From positions 78,758,631 through 78,822,630 of the forward strand of contig NC_057718.1 in the NCBI RefSeq assembly GCF_004010195.1: 64,000 nucleotides of DNA. The letters run 5' to 3'. This DNA comes from Chiloscyllium plagiosum. Lineage: Eukaryota. Both the position numbers and the translations under genes were made by a program. Positions within the stretch are counted from its first letter, which is position 1. Every line of letters starts with the position of its first letter. The notes under the pieces are model-generated. The model was not told where the DNA came from. It ran no database searches and saw nothing but the letters and a program-made list of their open reading frames with translations. Below are positions 40,771 to 54,579 of the stretch, piece after piece.

Positions 40771-43067
40771 CTGAAAATAAATAGTATACAAAGTTTTAAG
40801 GAACATATTGATGTAAAATTCTCGATGTTGATATGTACCAACACTTCTATTTAACTTGCACTATGCAATAACTATGCATTGAAGAACAGTAATTTTTGAA
40901 GATTTATTAACAGCATCAATAGCAAGCTGAATATCAGATGTAGCCTGAAGGAAGAATCTTTCAGTGGGTCTTGCATCAATTATTTTCATGTTGAGTACTT
41001 TGGAGGAGGAATAATATCAATAGCTGCACAGTCCAGAAAGTTTAAGAACTACAAGATAGACACAAGGGTTCTTGAAAACCTGAATGAAACTGGAACAAAC
41101 AAAACTCCATTGAATCATTTCAAGATGTCAAGACTTGGCTCAATGGTAGCATGCTTGCCTCAATCTGAGTTGGATGGTTTTGGATTCAAGTTCCACATGA
41201 CCCAGCCTGGCTGTGGTTCACAAATGAGGTCAGTAATAATGCTGGGAGAAAAGCATAGAAGTTCCATCTTGTGTCCCAGTTAATATTAACCAACATCACT
41301 AAGACAAATGTTCTGGTCTCTATCATATCACGTTTATAGGAACTTGCTATGATCAAATTTGCTGCTTTGTTTCCTGTGTTAATTTAATGTAAAATAATTT
41401 GGGATCTTTTGAGATGTTGACAGGTGCTGTATTCATAATAATACAACACTCTTGCCATTCTCTGATATCTAAATGTATTTACACAGAACTTAAACTGATA
41501 AAACTGTGAAGTCATTGGAATAATAGCTTTATAAATAAAAGCATACAGTACGATACCAAGGAAGTCACTGCTTAGATCGTTGCTGAAGGCTTGGGGGAGA
41601 TTTTAATTCACCTCAAAACCCACCCATTTGCACAGAACTAACATCAGGGCTCCGTGCTTCTGATACTAGGCACCATACATTGAAAAGATGTCAAGGCTGT
41701 GAAGACGAAGGAGTGGAAATTCACCAGAATAGTACTGGGGATTAGGGAATTTAGTTCTGTGAAGAGACAAGAGAAAATAGGATGGTTCTCCCAAAAGCAA
41801 AAAAGGTTCAGAGACCGCAATATTAAATTACATGGTCAAAGGCCAGAAGAGATTTAAGGAGAACTTTTTTTTTGCTGACTGATTTTTAAGAATCTGGCAT
41901 GAAAGGATGATGGATTCAACAGTAACTTTGCAAACTGAAGTAGACATGTGTGCATGAAAAACAAATGCAGGGTTCTATAGCGCTGGGGAAGACTGGGAAA
42001 GTGGGACTAATTGAAAACCTCTTTCCAAGAGATGATACAAGTGCATCTGATAAATGGCCTCCTTCTGTGCTGGAAGACTGTACAATTCTGTATTGAACAG
42101 GTGAAAATGTCCTCTGGGAGACCAGGAGCTCAGTGACTTGACTAATTCATAGTTTCTGGAGCATAAAGGAATACAATGACACACACACACAGACACTAAA
42201 GACAACAAAACATAAACACTTTGAAATAATGAAATGGACACAGATGAGAAGAATGTCACAGAAGTGTTACAGTGCAGGAGGCAATTCAGACCATCGTGTT
42301 CGCACCAGCTCTTGTTCACTTGTCATGGGATGTAAACTTGAGGGGTAATCCAAATTGAGAGTAAAGTTTTTGGTTAGATTTATTTAAAGGCCGCAATTAA
42401 TAGTGATAGTATGGGCCATGGTATAAATCAGGAGATGAGAGAGGTGCATAATATGTGCAACATAGTGATCATGGGTGACTTCAATCTGTTTAGAGAATGG
42501 GTAAACCTATCTATTTTAGATCTAGTATTCTGAAATGGAAAATGGCCAATTAATAAACTTGTTGGGAAAGAACTCTTTGGGATGAGTGACCACAATATGA
42601 TAGAATTTGACATTGAGCAGAATCTAATAGGGGTCTGAGCAATGTGGACAACTGTGAAAGTTAAGGCAGAATCAGATGAGAAGTTCAGTGAGGCCTACCT
42701 CAATGTTGGGAGCATTTCATTGGAATTTTATGATTTTGCCAAGGGATGAAAGGACAATCCAGAGGCACCAGGTGCCACGACCCTCATCAATTGTCATTGG
42801 CAACCAATACTTGCCAACTGCTCACAACCGTCACGGCCACTCTCTGATCCACTGCAGAAGCTTAGCAAGCACAGACTCCCATTGCCAGGTGCATTGACAG
42901 CTAATAATGAAAAGCTGCTGCTAAACGACTTGGTACACAGGTGCAGGAACTCTACTCACAGACTGGAACAGGCTTGCCTGCTCGCTTAGTGCTCATTCAC
43001 TTAACTGCTACCTCCAAGCTCACAGCATCTTTACCTTGCCATGACTGTTATCATATTGGTCCTTTAA

Positions 43068-43378
43068 TCGTAAAATCCCTACAGTGCAGAAAAAGGCCAA
43101 TCTGCCCAAAGCTCCTGCACAGACCCTCCAAAGAGTATCCCACAGAGATCTAACTCCAGCAGGCTACCTTATCCTCAAAACCCTGCATTTTCCTATAACC
43201 AATCCACCTAACCTTCATATCTTTGGACTGTGGGAGAAGAACCAGAGCACTCGGAGGAAACCCACACAGACACAGGGAGAATGTGCAAACTCCACATAGA
43301 CAGTTGCCCAAGACTGGAATTGAATCTATGTCTCTGGCACTGTGAGGCAGCAGTAACTACTGTGCCACCATGCCACCC
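43068..43378 (-). mobile_element. tRNA-derived SINE
   Basis: Central core and reverse A/B boxes. Confidence 0.8.
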
Positions 43379-43379
43379 C

Positions 43380-44290
43380 TTTGATATTTGTCAATGATTT
43401 GGATATGGGGACCAAGGAGTTCTTGTGGCACTGTGGAAATGTCCCTTCCTTGGCTTCAGGAGGCCTGCCTTCAAGTCTCAACTGCACCAGAAGTTTACAA
43501 CAACATCTCTGAATAGGTTGATCAGAAAATATCTAGATGCAGGGACCATATGTAATATTTCCAAAATTGTTGATGATACAATATTAATCAGGAATGTGTC
43601 TTGTAAAGAAGATATAAAGTGGTTTCAGGAGGCTTTGTATATGCTTAGTTAGTGATCAAGAATATAGGAGATGGAATATAATGTGACAAACGATCTAGTT
43701 TGGTAGAAGAACCAGATGTGCAGTGAGCTCCTTTAATGGACATAGAGTCATACAGCATGGAAACAGAGCATTCAGTCCAATTCGTCCATGCTGACAAGTC
43801 TAGCAAACTAAATTAGTCCCATTTGCCTGTGTTTGGTCCAACTGCCTCTAAACCTTTCCTACTCATGCACCTGCTCAAATGTCTTTCAGTTAGAAACTGA
43901 GGATGTACAAAGGGGCTGAAAAGTGCCCTTGTCAACAAATTATTGAAGATTAACCTGCAGGTGCAGCAAGCTGCTAGGAAGGATAATGAAAGTGGATTTG
44001 CATACAGGAGTATTGAGGTTTGAAGTATTGCATAGGAGCTTGGTTAGACAGCATCCTAGAGCATTGTGTGTAGTTTTGGTCTCCTTATCACAGGAAGGAT
44101 ATTATTGCCATAGAGGGAGTGCAGCAAAGGTTCCTGGAATGGCAGGACTGTCAATGAAGAGAGATTTCGCAAACAGGGCTTGTATCGCTTTGAAACCTAC
44201 AAAATACTTAAAAGGATAGACAGAGTGGATCAAATAAAATATTTTCCCTGTTTTGGAGTCTAGAAGCAGGGGGCACAATTTAAAGCGGTA
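43380..44290 (+). mobile_element. Old fragmented CR1 with nested short repeats
   Basis: ISKIVDDT, SLVRQH-like remnants. Confidence 0.6.
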
Positions 44291-44907
44291 AAATAAGGTA
44301 ACAATGGGGTTATGTTTAAGCTATTGATAAAGTTGGGATGGTCAGGTCGAAGAAAAGTGAGGATCAAGGATATAGGTGGTTCTGCTATAACACGTGTTTC
44401 ATCAGTGCAAATTGGCTATAATTCGACTGACGAGTTGTAGACATTGCTTGGAATATTGTGAAGTTTTTATTGAACAGGCATAGTGATTTCCTATCAGTGA
44501 TCTTCTACAGCACGATTTTCGATAGCAGTTTTCCATAGCGAGATTTTCTATGAATTGAGATTGCACAGGAACACAACTGCCACATTATAGCAGAATGACC
44601 TGTAGTTAGGGGAGATTAAATACTGAGAACATAATGGCAAAGAGCATGTTAATGTAATACAAAAGAAATAAAAACACATGCCTACCTTAGGTGTTAATAG
44701 CACAATAAAGGTCAGCCCTTTGTGCAAACAAAAACATGAAAACTAGAAACAGACTAAGGCTTGGAGAAAAGAGTCTCAAAATGGTAAATAGATTTCTGGT
44801 AATAATTACACAGAGAAATGAGCAAAGCAGAAAACAGTTTAGTGAAGGGTTAATATGAGGTCCAATAATATGAAGCTGATCGGTCTATGGAACCATGAAG
44901 ATTTCAC

Positions 44908-45029
44908 CTGGAGGTAGATGGCCACACTTTTGTACTTGGCAATATTCCCATCTTGTATTTGGATTGGTGGTGTAACACCAGGGTTCCTTTTCATTTTCTG
45001 GGTTCCTGCAGTAATTACCTTCTAGTCCT
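44908..45029 (-). CDS. plg: Plasminogen-like exon 9 equivalent (kringle 3, second half): [40 protein letters not shown]
   Basis: Translated by hand; polyT-aag acceptor; donor G|gtgaaa precedes an in-frame stop; 122 bp keeps frame. Confidence 0.9.
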
Positions 45030-45288
45030 CTTAAAAAAAAACACAGCAATTTTGTTAATCATCAGAAAGAAATATTATACTGTTTTCAGTATGCAACTGG
45101 TTTCATCTCATGATTAGCATATACAAAGGAATGGAGAGTCTAAGTCTTTTTGAAATTGCCATGGCCCCATAACTTGGAAAAAATCAACAATCTTACTGCA
45201 TGGCCCATGCAAGTAGTTTGAGTCTATCCCTGTCAAATGGGATAATGGTGAAAAGTACATTAAACAAGGGCTACTAACATTTACTTAC

Positions 45289-45451
45289 TTGCAGGGGTAG
45301 TTCTCTGGCGTTCTTGAATGCATGTGTGGAAACTGAGCATCCCATCTTTGACAAATTTTACCAGACATAGTGGTCGATATGGCTCCACGATACTTTTGAC
45401 CTGTGCCTGTGTAGCACTCTGTCTCCACTTCAATATCAGGAGGCTCTGCAC
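45289..45451 (-). CDS. plg: Plasminogen-like exon 8 equivalent (kringle 3, first half): AEPPDIEVETECYTGTGQKYRGAISTTMSGKICQRWDAQFPHMHSRTPENYPCK
   Basis: Translated by hand (absent from ORF track); C..G.G..YRG..S.T.SG..CQ.W; extra Cys in ENYPCK as in PLG K3; ag/gtaagt; 163 bp. Confidence 0.93.
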
Positions 45452-45899
45452 CTTCAACAGATACAGGACAATTATAGTATTTATCCTAAAGGGTTTCTGC
45501 AGTTGTGTTAGTGTTTGTGCAACATGGTGGTACCATGGATTAACTTGTTTCCAGTTTTCTGAAGTAAAGCACAGTGGGAACAGAACAGAACTGAGTCATA
45601 CTGGGCTACAACCTTTAAAACTTTGTTCAAGCATTCATTTAAACATGCACTGATCTTATATTTTTTACTGGAGCACCAAAACTTAATTTAGATTATTATA
45701 AATGAAAAGTGTTGGATTTAAGGATAGTGCAATGTTACAGAACATTGCAGAATACTGCAGTGCTGTCATGGGTATGGCTGTTATCATCCCACTCTCAGAT
45801 ATAGCATCAGGAAAGTTCTGGTGCTGTTCTACATCATCTACTGTTGATAATCATTATCTAAGGAAGAGATGTATATGGACAGTTAACTGAATTGATGAA

Positions 45900-46240
45900 G
45901 GGTGGCACGGTAGTTCAGTGGTTAATACTACAGCCTCAGAGTGCTTGGGACCTGGGTTCAATTCCAGCCTTGGGTGACTTTCTATGTGGAGTTTGCATGT
46001 TATCCCTGTATCTGTGTGGGTTCCTTGTGGGTGTTCCAGTTTCCTCCCACAGTCCAAAGATGTGCAAGTTAGGTGGATTGGCCTTGCTAAATTGTTCTGT
46101 AGTGTGCAGATTAGGTGGGTTAGCCATGGTAAATCCAGGCTCATGGAGATGCATTGGGGGAAGCCAGGCCAGAATGAAATTCTTTGCAGACTCGCTGGAC
46201 TGAATGGCCCCTCTTTCCATACTGTTGGAATTCTATGATT
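45900..46240 (+). mobile_element. tRNA-derived SINE
   Basis: gtggcacggtagttcagtggtt...gggttcaattcc, central core. Confidence 0.82.
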
Positions 46241-46459
46241 CATATACCCTTGGCCACACCCATTTGCATCCTATCAAGACTTATATAATAGCCAGAGATC
46301 CTCCATAAAGTTTTAAGATCCCTCAGCTGCCATAATATCATTGGTTAGAACAGGGTCTTAAGTGAAAGGGATCAGAGACAGCAGAGCACAAAAAACAGTC
46401 TTCCGGACAAGTCTGCAAAAGATCTACCCAAATGGTCTCACTAGCTTACTCTTTACTTG

Positions 46460-46990
46460 TTACGGCTGTACAGGACATTGTTGAGGCCACTCGTGAAATA
46501 TTACGTACAATTCTACAGGAAGGATGTTGTTAAATTTGAAAGGGTGCAGTAAAATTTACAAGGATGTTGCCAGGACTGAAGGGTTTCAACTATAGGGAGA
46601 GGCTGAATAGGCTGGGGCTTTTCTCCTTGGTGTGTCGGAGGCTGAAGGGTGACCTTATAGAGGTTTATAAAATCATGAGGGGCATTGAAGGATGAATAGC
46701 CAAGGTCTTTTCCTGAGCATGGGGAGTCCAAAACTAGAGGGCGTAAGTTTAAGGTGAGAGAAGAAAGATTTAAAAACGATCTGAATAGTAACTTTCTCAT
46801 GCAGTGGATGGTATGTGTGTGAAATGAGCTGCCATCGGAACTGATGGAGGCTGGTATAGTGAAAACATTTAAAAGTCATCTTGATGGGTATATGAATAGC
46901 AAAAGTTTAGAGGGATATAGATCCAATGCTGGCAAATGGGCCCAGATAGGCAGATCTGGTCATTGTGGACGAGTTAGACTTAAGGGTCCC
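46460..46990 (+). mobile_element. CR1 LINE 3' part
   Basis: Similarity to other CR1 3' copies in the window. Confidence 0.82.
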
Positions 46991-47119
46991 TGTTATATAT
47001 GTTTGACAAAGGGTCAGTTTGACTTGAAATGTCAGCTCTTTTCTCTCCTTACAGATGCTGCCAGACCTGCTGAGATTTTCCAGCATTTTCTCTTTTGGCT
47101 GTTATATAACTCTCTGACT

Positions 47120-47870
47120 CAATAGAGTTATAGAGTCAGAGAGATATGCAACACAGAAACAGATCATTTGGTCCAACTTGTTCAAGCCAAGCAGAAATCC
47201 TAAGTTAATCAAGTCCCATTTGCCAACATTTAGCCCATGTCCTTCTAAACCCTTCCCATTCATGTACCTATCCAGATGCCGTTTAAATGCTATAATTGTA
47301 CCAGCCTCCACCATTTCCTCTCGCAGCTCATTTCTTACACGCACCACCCTCTGTGTGAAAACGTTGCCCCTTAATGTCCCTTTTAAATCTTTCCTCTCTC
47401 ACCCTAAATCTGTGCCCTCTAGTTTTAGACTCCACCACCCCAGGGAAAAGACCTTGTCTATTTAACCTACTTATGCCCTTCATGATTTTATAAACCTCTA
47501 TAAGGTCACTCCTCAGCCTCTGACTCTCCAGGAAAAATGGTCCTGGACTATTTAGCCTCTCCCTATAGCTCAAATCCTGTCAATATCCTTGTAAGATTTT
47601 TTCTGAATCCTTTCAAGTTTCACAAAATTCTTCCTGTCACAAGGAGACCAGAATTGCGTGTAATATTCCAATAGTGGCCTAACCAATGTACAGCTGTAAA
47701 ATGACCTCTCAACTCCTATACTCAATGCAGAGACCAATAAAGTCAAGTATACCAAATACCTTTTTCCCTATCCTATCCACCTGTGACTCCACTTTCAAGG
47801 AACTATGAACCTGCGCACCAAGATCGCTTTGTTCAGCAACACTCCCCAGGACCTTACCATTAAGATAAGC
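47120..47870 (-). mobile_element. CR1 LINE 3' part
   Basis: LVRPLLEYYTQFWSP, RLRSDLIEVYKI. Confidence 0.85.
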
Positions 47871-48872
47871 CCTGTAAGTATCCCTGTAAATACTTTCCTT
47901 CAAATGTTTATCCAATGACGTTTCAATATTCATTAAATATGTTTCTGCCACTTTGTTAGGCAAATCACAACAATTTAACCACGTGTCTTCCATGGAAACA
48001 ATTTCTCCTTATTTACTGCTTCAAAATCTTGCATTATTCTGAAATTTTCAAAATTCCCAGCATCTCTTTTCTCTCTGCATAACTGGTGCTCTTCGTCCCT
48101 GCTACTAGTTTAATGAATCTCAGCCCTAGACAACTGATGCTAAAGTGTGGTCCAGGATTGGTCATAATACACCAGCTGATGCTTAATCGGTGAACTGGTA
48201 AACTTCTGCACTTTAATTTTTGCCTCTGTTTCTAAAAAGAACGTTGCATTAAGTTTTGCATTTTATTATTGGTAATTTCATACAGTAGTATAACTAATAG
48301 AAGAATGCCGCAGCACTTCAATTCTATCATATGCACACTGTGTGTTATGTGGAATGCCGGTCCACCTCATGTACAGACATTGTCATCAAATGGAGAAGTG
48401 TGAGCTCCCAGTTTCAGAGCTGGAACTACAACTGGCCTCACTAGAATGTGACCACAAAGCTGAGAGCTTGGTAGATTGCAGGTTTCTGGAGGTGGTCACC
48501 CTGTGGATTAGGAGTGTAGAAGCAGAGAAGGTATAGGTGACCAAGTCAACAAGGAAGAGCAGGCCAATAGCATACGTTCCCCCTCAGTGCTTCTCTTTAT
48601 CTAATTGGTGTTCAGTTCTGACTACTGGTGTGAATGATAGCTCCTTAAGGTGATACAACCAGAAATAAGTCCACAATAACGTAGGTGGATTGCCTACGTG
48701 GTTGAAGATCAGGAATCAAACAATAATAGAGGATTCTGTAGCAAGGTGAGTCAATGCCAGGGGAAGGATGGTCATTCTGTGGCTGCAGACATAATTCTTA
48801 GATGGTTTGTTGCCACCCTTGCATAAAGTCCAGGATGTCACTGAGTGGCTGAGGAAGATAATGGTGTAGTAG

Positions 48873-49321
48873 TCTGATGAAGGGCTTTTGCCCAAAACGT
48901 CGATTTTCTGGCTCTTCAGATGCTGCCTGACCTGCTGTGCTTTTCCAGCACCACTCTAATCTAGACTCTGATTTCCAGCATCTGCAGTCCTCACTTTTGC
49001 CTCGTTGACTTTAACCTTACTGCGAATCATCTTGCAAGGATGCCTACCTTGAAGAAGTTCTCCTCCTCTCTTTACAAGAATCTCTCTCTCACTGCAACCC
49101 CCAGGTCATCTCCTCTGCCCTGAAGCTACCTTCTCCCCAGCCCCACCCCTCTCCCGTTTATCTCTCCACCCCAGAGGCTCCCTGCCTTCATTCTGATGAA
49201 GGGCTTTTGTCCGAAATGTCGATTTTCCTGCTCCTCAGATGCTGCTTGATCTGCTGAGCTTTTCCAGCACCACTCTTATCTAGACTCTGATTTCCAGCAT
49301 CTGCAGTCCTCACTTTTGCCT
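48873..49321 (+). mobile_element. Penelope-type non-autonomous unit with direct terminal repeats (~48873-49001 / 49193-49321), each starting with a degenerate hammerhead
   Basis: ctgatgaagggcttttg.cc.aaa.gtcgatttt...cctcacttttgcct repeated. Confidence 0.75.
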
Positions 49322-49569
49322 TTGTGTAGTGGTCATGGACTAGTAAACTAGAAGCCAGGACTAATGCTTTGTGGATATTGGTGCAAATTCTACCTTTGCA
49401 CTACATAAACTCAATTTGTAAAATTTGGACTCAGTAATGTTGACCATGATATTAGCACAAATTTCTCATAAAACTCTATTTAGTTCTTGAAGATCCTTCA
49501 GCAAAGAAAATCTTTACCTAGGTCTGGCCAAAATGTGACTCTAGACCAAGAGCAATATAGTTGACTGTT

Positions 49570-50630
49570 TTGTTTTGATTTGATTTGCGTTATTATTGTT
49601 GCATGTATCGACATACAGTGGAAAGTATTGTATTGCGTGTTCAACAGACAAATCTTATCGTACATAAATATATTAGAGTAATAGAACAGAATACAGCATA
49701 TAGTGTTACAGTTACAGAGAAGATGCAGAGAAATACTAACTCTAATGTATGTATCATAAGTCTGATTACGGAGGGGCAGAAGCTGTTCTAAAATCTATTG
49801 GTACGTGTTTTCAAACTTTGTATCTTCTGCCTGATGGAAGAGGGTGGAAGAGAGTATAATCAGGGTGGGAGGGGTCTTTGATGATGTTAGCTGCTTTCGT
49901 GAGGCAATGGGATGTTTAGACAGTGTCAATGGAAGGAAGGCTGGTTGTTGTGATGGACTGGGCTGCATTCACAACTTACCATAATTTCTGGCTGCCTTGG
50001 GCAAAGCAGTTGCTGTACCAAGTGGTGATGCATCAGTATAGAATGCTTTCTATGGCGCATCTATAAAAATTGGTAAAAGTAATTGCAGACATGCCAACTT
50101 TCCTTAGCATTCTGAGGAAGTAAAGGCATTGATATGATTTCTTGACTGTAACGTGGATGGACCAGGATAGATTGTTGGTGATATTTACTCCTAGCAACTT
50201 GAAGCTTTCGATCACCACCACCTCAGCACCATTGATACAGACAAAGGTATGTCCTCCACTCTGCTTCGTAAAGTCGATGACCAGCTCTTTTGTATTTTTA
50301 CTAACATTGAGAGAGAGTGATTGTTGTCTTAACCATGCTACTGAGCTGTCTATTTCTTTTTTGTACTCTATCTTGTCACTGTTTGAGATCTGACCCGTTA
50401 CAATGGAGTCATCAGCAAATTTGCAAATGGAGTTAGAGCTGAATTTGGCCACATAGACATGAGTGTACAAGTACCAGTGCTGAGGATTATTGTGAAGGAA
50501 GTTGTCATCTATCCTTACTGACTGCAGTCTGCAGGTCAGGAAATCGAGGATTCATTTACAGAGGGGAAACTAGAGTCCTAGGTCTCGGAGTCTGGAGATA
50601 CGTTTTGTTGGAGTTATGGTGTTGAAAGCA
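49570..50630 (-). mobile_element. Rex1/Babar-like LINE 3' part
   Basis: ORF 50033..50470 KFADDSIVTGQISNSD..LSLNVSK.TKELVIDF..FKLLGVNITNNLSW..LYFLRML. Confidence 0.78.
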
Positions 50631-51711
50631 GATTTAGTTTCTTATTTAGTTAGTTAGTCTCTTATTTAGTTTCTGAAGTGGTCTAGTAATTCACTCAGAT
50701 AAATGGTAGTTAGAGCTAGGCAAATAACACCCACATTACATCAAAGAATGCAAAAAGATGCATCACATTCTGGTGGGAGATTCTGAAAGCCAGAGATCAT
50801 GGTCTATCTCAATATTAATGACCCAGATAGAAAGAAAGAAAATAGAGTCACTCAAAGATAGTTTTGCAGTGCAAAATTGTAAATTCATACAGTAGAGTAT
50901 ATAGTTTAGTGAATTGTAGATAATCATGTGATAATGGAGAGATGACTAATAATACAGGGAAAGATTGGATTATAAATACTCCTGGATACAAAATGTTCAG
51001 GTAAAAAAGGGGTTGTAGTGTGAAAAAAAGTCAGGAACACTGAATGAAGAGAACTTCTCAGTGTTGGGGAATGAAGAGGAACAATACTGTTGAGCATGTT
51101 GCACAATTGGTAAAATAGCCAGTTGGCAGCTCACTGAGTTTAAACGTTTATCAGTTGGAGTGGCCCTTATTAAGTTGGCAGTGGAACCTTGCAACAATTA
51201 AGAACTGGAATTCTGGTCCTCAGGAGCTGCCTGTCAATCTGACTGACTGACCATTGAGTAGTTCCAATGGCACCAAAACACAATGGTGGCCACTGTTGGA
51301 ACTACAAGGAGTTCTGAGAAGGCAGAATTTAGACGCGGGCAGGGGGGGCTGGTCAAAGACGAATCAGATGCACTAGTAATAAGAGTGATAAAGGACAAAA
51401 GGACAAAGGGGGTGGAGGGGATGAGTTACCATCTTGGGCAGTTGCCCTCAGTGATACTGGGACACACCAAAGGAGGTACCCTCTTCAATCTCAGCTTTTG
51501 TCTTATATGTGAAGCCTGTTAGGCTGACTTCTATCATTTTATCATACCCTGCTGCACACAATATTGTTGTGGTGGCAGATGAGTCCCTTAACTGGCCATT
51601 GATTGGCCAATGAAAGGCCTCAATAAGCTAAAGGGTAAATGGGCTATCTAATGCCTTATCCGCATAGCTTATTTTGATGAATAGCTCAACGGCTGGCAGG
51701 AAAGAATTGAA

Positions 51712-53655
51712 TTGGACATAGAACATCGAACATTACAGTGCAGCACCTGCCCTTTGACTCTTGATGTTGCGCCACCCTGTGGAACCAATTTGAAGCACAT
51801 CTAACCTACACCATTCCATTCTCATCCATATTCTGGATTAGTGGTGCTGGAAGAGCACAGCAATTCAGGCAGCATCCGAGGACAGGCAAAATCGACGTTT
51901 CGGGCAAAAGCCCCTCATCAGGAATAAAGGCAGAGAGCCTGAAGCATGGAGAGATAAGCTAGAGGAGGGTGGGGGTGGGGAGAGAGTAGCATAGAGTACA
52001 ATAGGTAGGTGGGGAAGGAGATGAAGGTGATAGGTGAGGTTTCACGGGATGTTCCCTGAAGTGAGAGGTCTCAGCAAAAAGTTAACTTTTGTTTGGGGTC
52101 TGTGGAGCAGAAGAGGCTAAGGGGGCAATTGATGCAGACATAATGGTGAGTGATATAGACTGGGCCGATTGTGATAAATACTTCCGCGATGTAGGCATGT
52201 CTTAGACCAATTGAATTAAGGTTAAAGTGAAAAATGAAGCATTTCGCGAGGATCTGATGGAAAAGCAAATTACCCAGGGGATGGGTCAAATATGGAACAT
52301 GTTGCCTGAGAGGGTAGCTTATCTCTCCATGCTTCAGGCTCTCTGCCTTTATTCCTGATGAAGGGCTTTTGCCCGAAACGTCGATTTTGCCTGTCCTCGG
52401 ATGCTGCCTGAATTGCTGTGCTCTTCCAGCACCACTAATCCAGAATCTGGTTTCCAGCATCTGCAGTCATTGTTTTTACCTCATTCTCATCCATATGCCT
52501 ATCCAATGATCATTTAAATGCTCTTAAAGTTGGCGAGTCTACAACTGTTGCAGGCAGCGCATTCCATATTTCTACTATTCTCTGAGTAAAGGAACTACCT
52601 CTGACATCTGTCCTATGTCTGTCACCGCTCTGTTTAAAGCTATGTCCCCTCAAAGACAGCACCATCAGAGGAAAAAGGTTCTTATTGTCCACCCAATCCA
52701 ACCCTCTGATTATCTGATATGTCTCAATTAAGTCACCTCTCAATCTTCTTCTCTCTAATGAAAACAGCCTCAAGTCTCTCAACCTTCCCTCATAAGATCT
52801 TCCCTTTACATCCTAGTAAATCTCCTCTCAATCCTCTACAAAGCTTCCATATCCTTCCTATAATGCAGTGACCAGAACTGCACGCAATACTCCAAGTGTG
52901 GCTGCACCAGAATTTTATACAGGTGCAGTATGACCTCATGGATCCAAAACTCAATCCCTCTGCTAATAAAAGCTAACACACCATATGCCTTCTTAACAGC
53001 CCTATCAACCTGGGTGGCAACTTTGAGGGATCTATGTACATGGACACCAAGATCTCTCTGTACATCTACATTATAAAGAATCGTACAAGTACTCTGCATT
53101 CCTGTTACTCCTTCCAAAGTGAATCACCTCACACTTTTCTGCATTAAACTCCATTCGCCAACTCTCAGCCCAGCTCTGTAACATGCAACATCCTTCAGCA
53201 CTATCCACAACCCCACCAACCTTGATGTCATTCACAAATTTACTAACCCATCCTTCCACGCCCTCATCAAGGTCGTTTATAAAAATGACAAACAGCAGTG
53301 GACCCAAAACAGGTCCTTTCGGTGTACCACTAGTAACTAAACACCAGGATGAACATTTCCCATCAACCACCACCCTCTGTCTTCTTTCAGCTAACCAATC
53401 TCTGATCCAAGCCACTAAATCACCCTCAATCCCATGCCTCCGTATTTTGTGCAACAACCTACCATGGGGAACCTTATCAAACACTTTACTGAAATCCATA
53501 TACACCACGTCAACCGCTTTACCCTCATCCACCTGTTGGGTCACCTTCTCAAAGAACTGAATAAGGTTTGTGAGGTACGACCTATCCTTCACAAAACTGT
53601 GTTGACAATCTCTAATCAACTTATTCCTATCAAGATGATTATAAATCCCATCTCT
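51712..53655 (-). mobile_element. CR1 LINE (RT to 3' end) interrupted by a Penelope-type insertion
   Basis: ORF 53071..53619 YMDFSKVFDKVPH..G.VLGPLLF.IFINDL; ORFs 52836..53117 and 52510..52782. Confidence 0.9.
51832..52481. mobile_element. Penelope-type foldback insertion with inverted arms, two intact hammerhead cores and 15-bp TSD
   Basis: cattctcatccatat at 51817-51831 and 52482-52496; arms ~51832-51961 vs ~52315-52445. Confidence 0.85.
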
Positions 53656-54579
53656 TGTTTATTTCACATTCTCCTCTCCACCTCCAAATATTCGGATGGC
53701 ATCTGTAAAAGGCACCCTTGTTTCTGTCAATGATGAATGAGGTACTGAAGGATTAGGCTCTGGGAAATGAAATGGATCAAGCAGAGTTAGGGGAAAAGGT
53801 AAGAACACTGATATTGTACTATAATGTTTAGGTCATCTGCAGGAAAGAACAAGGGGCCATGTTGACCAAAATCGGTTAACTGCAGGATGGCCAGTTTCAG
53901 CAGAGAGGAATAAGAATATTGCAGAGTTAAATTGGAATTACAAATTACTTAGTTGCACTTTTGCCTGTCAATGAACAACTTTTAAAGATAGTGTAGATTA
54001 TAAAGTGGTTGTAAAATTATTTTGTTAAGAGCGTGCTCAGGTTAAGAATCTGGTAAATGTGGGAATTCTCTGCAGAGTGGTAAAAGTAAATTTTAAATGT
54101 TTTTTCCTAGAGCTAATGTATAGTTTTCATTTATCTATAAGCTAGGAAACTAGCCTGTTATTGCTTTACTTAAATTACTAAATTAATAACTTAAACTAGA
54201 TAAATTAATCAATTAATAAAACTAAAATAAAGGGTCTGGGTAGTGCTGTGGTAGTTTCCCTACTTCTGGACCCAGAGTCCGAGTTCAAGTCCCACAGGCT
54301 CCAGAGGTCTGTAATAACATTGCTGGTTTGAAAACATTTAAAACTAAAATAATCAATTCAACTAAAATTAATTAACTAATTAAATAAATGAGTACATTTT
54401 GATTGAAATGGTAAGGCAGATAGGGCGATGTAATCTGAAAGATTGTGGGAAGCATTGTGATACCTTACAACCATATCTGTGCTACGTCTGTAGCTAAGAC
54501 CCGTGGTTCAGATGATTGGTGAGGGGTAGAGGGAAAATGAATAGGTTAGGGTTGCAGTAGGTAGTCATTTTGACGCTTT

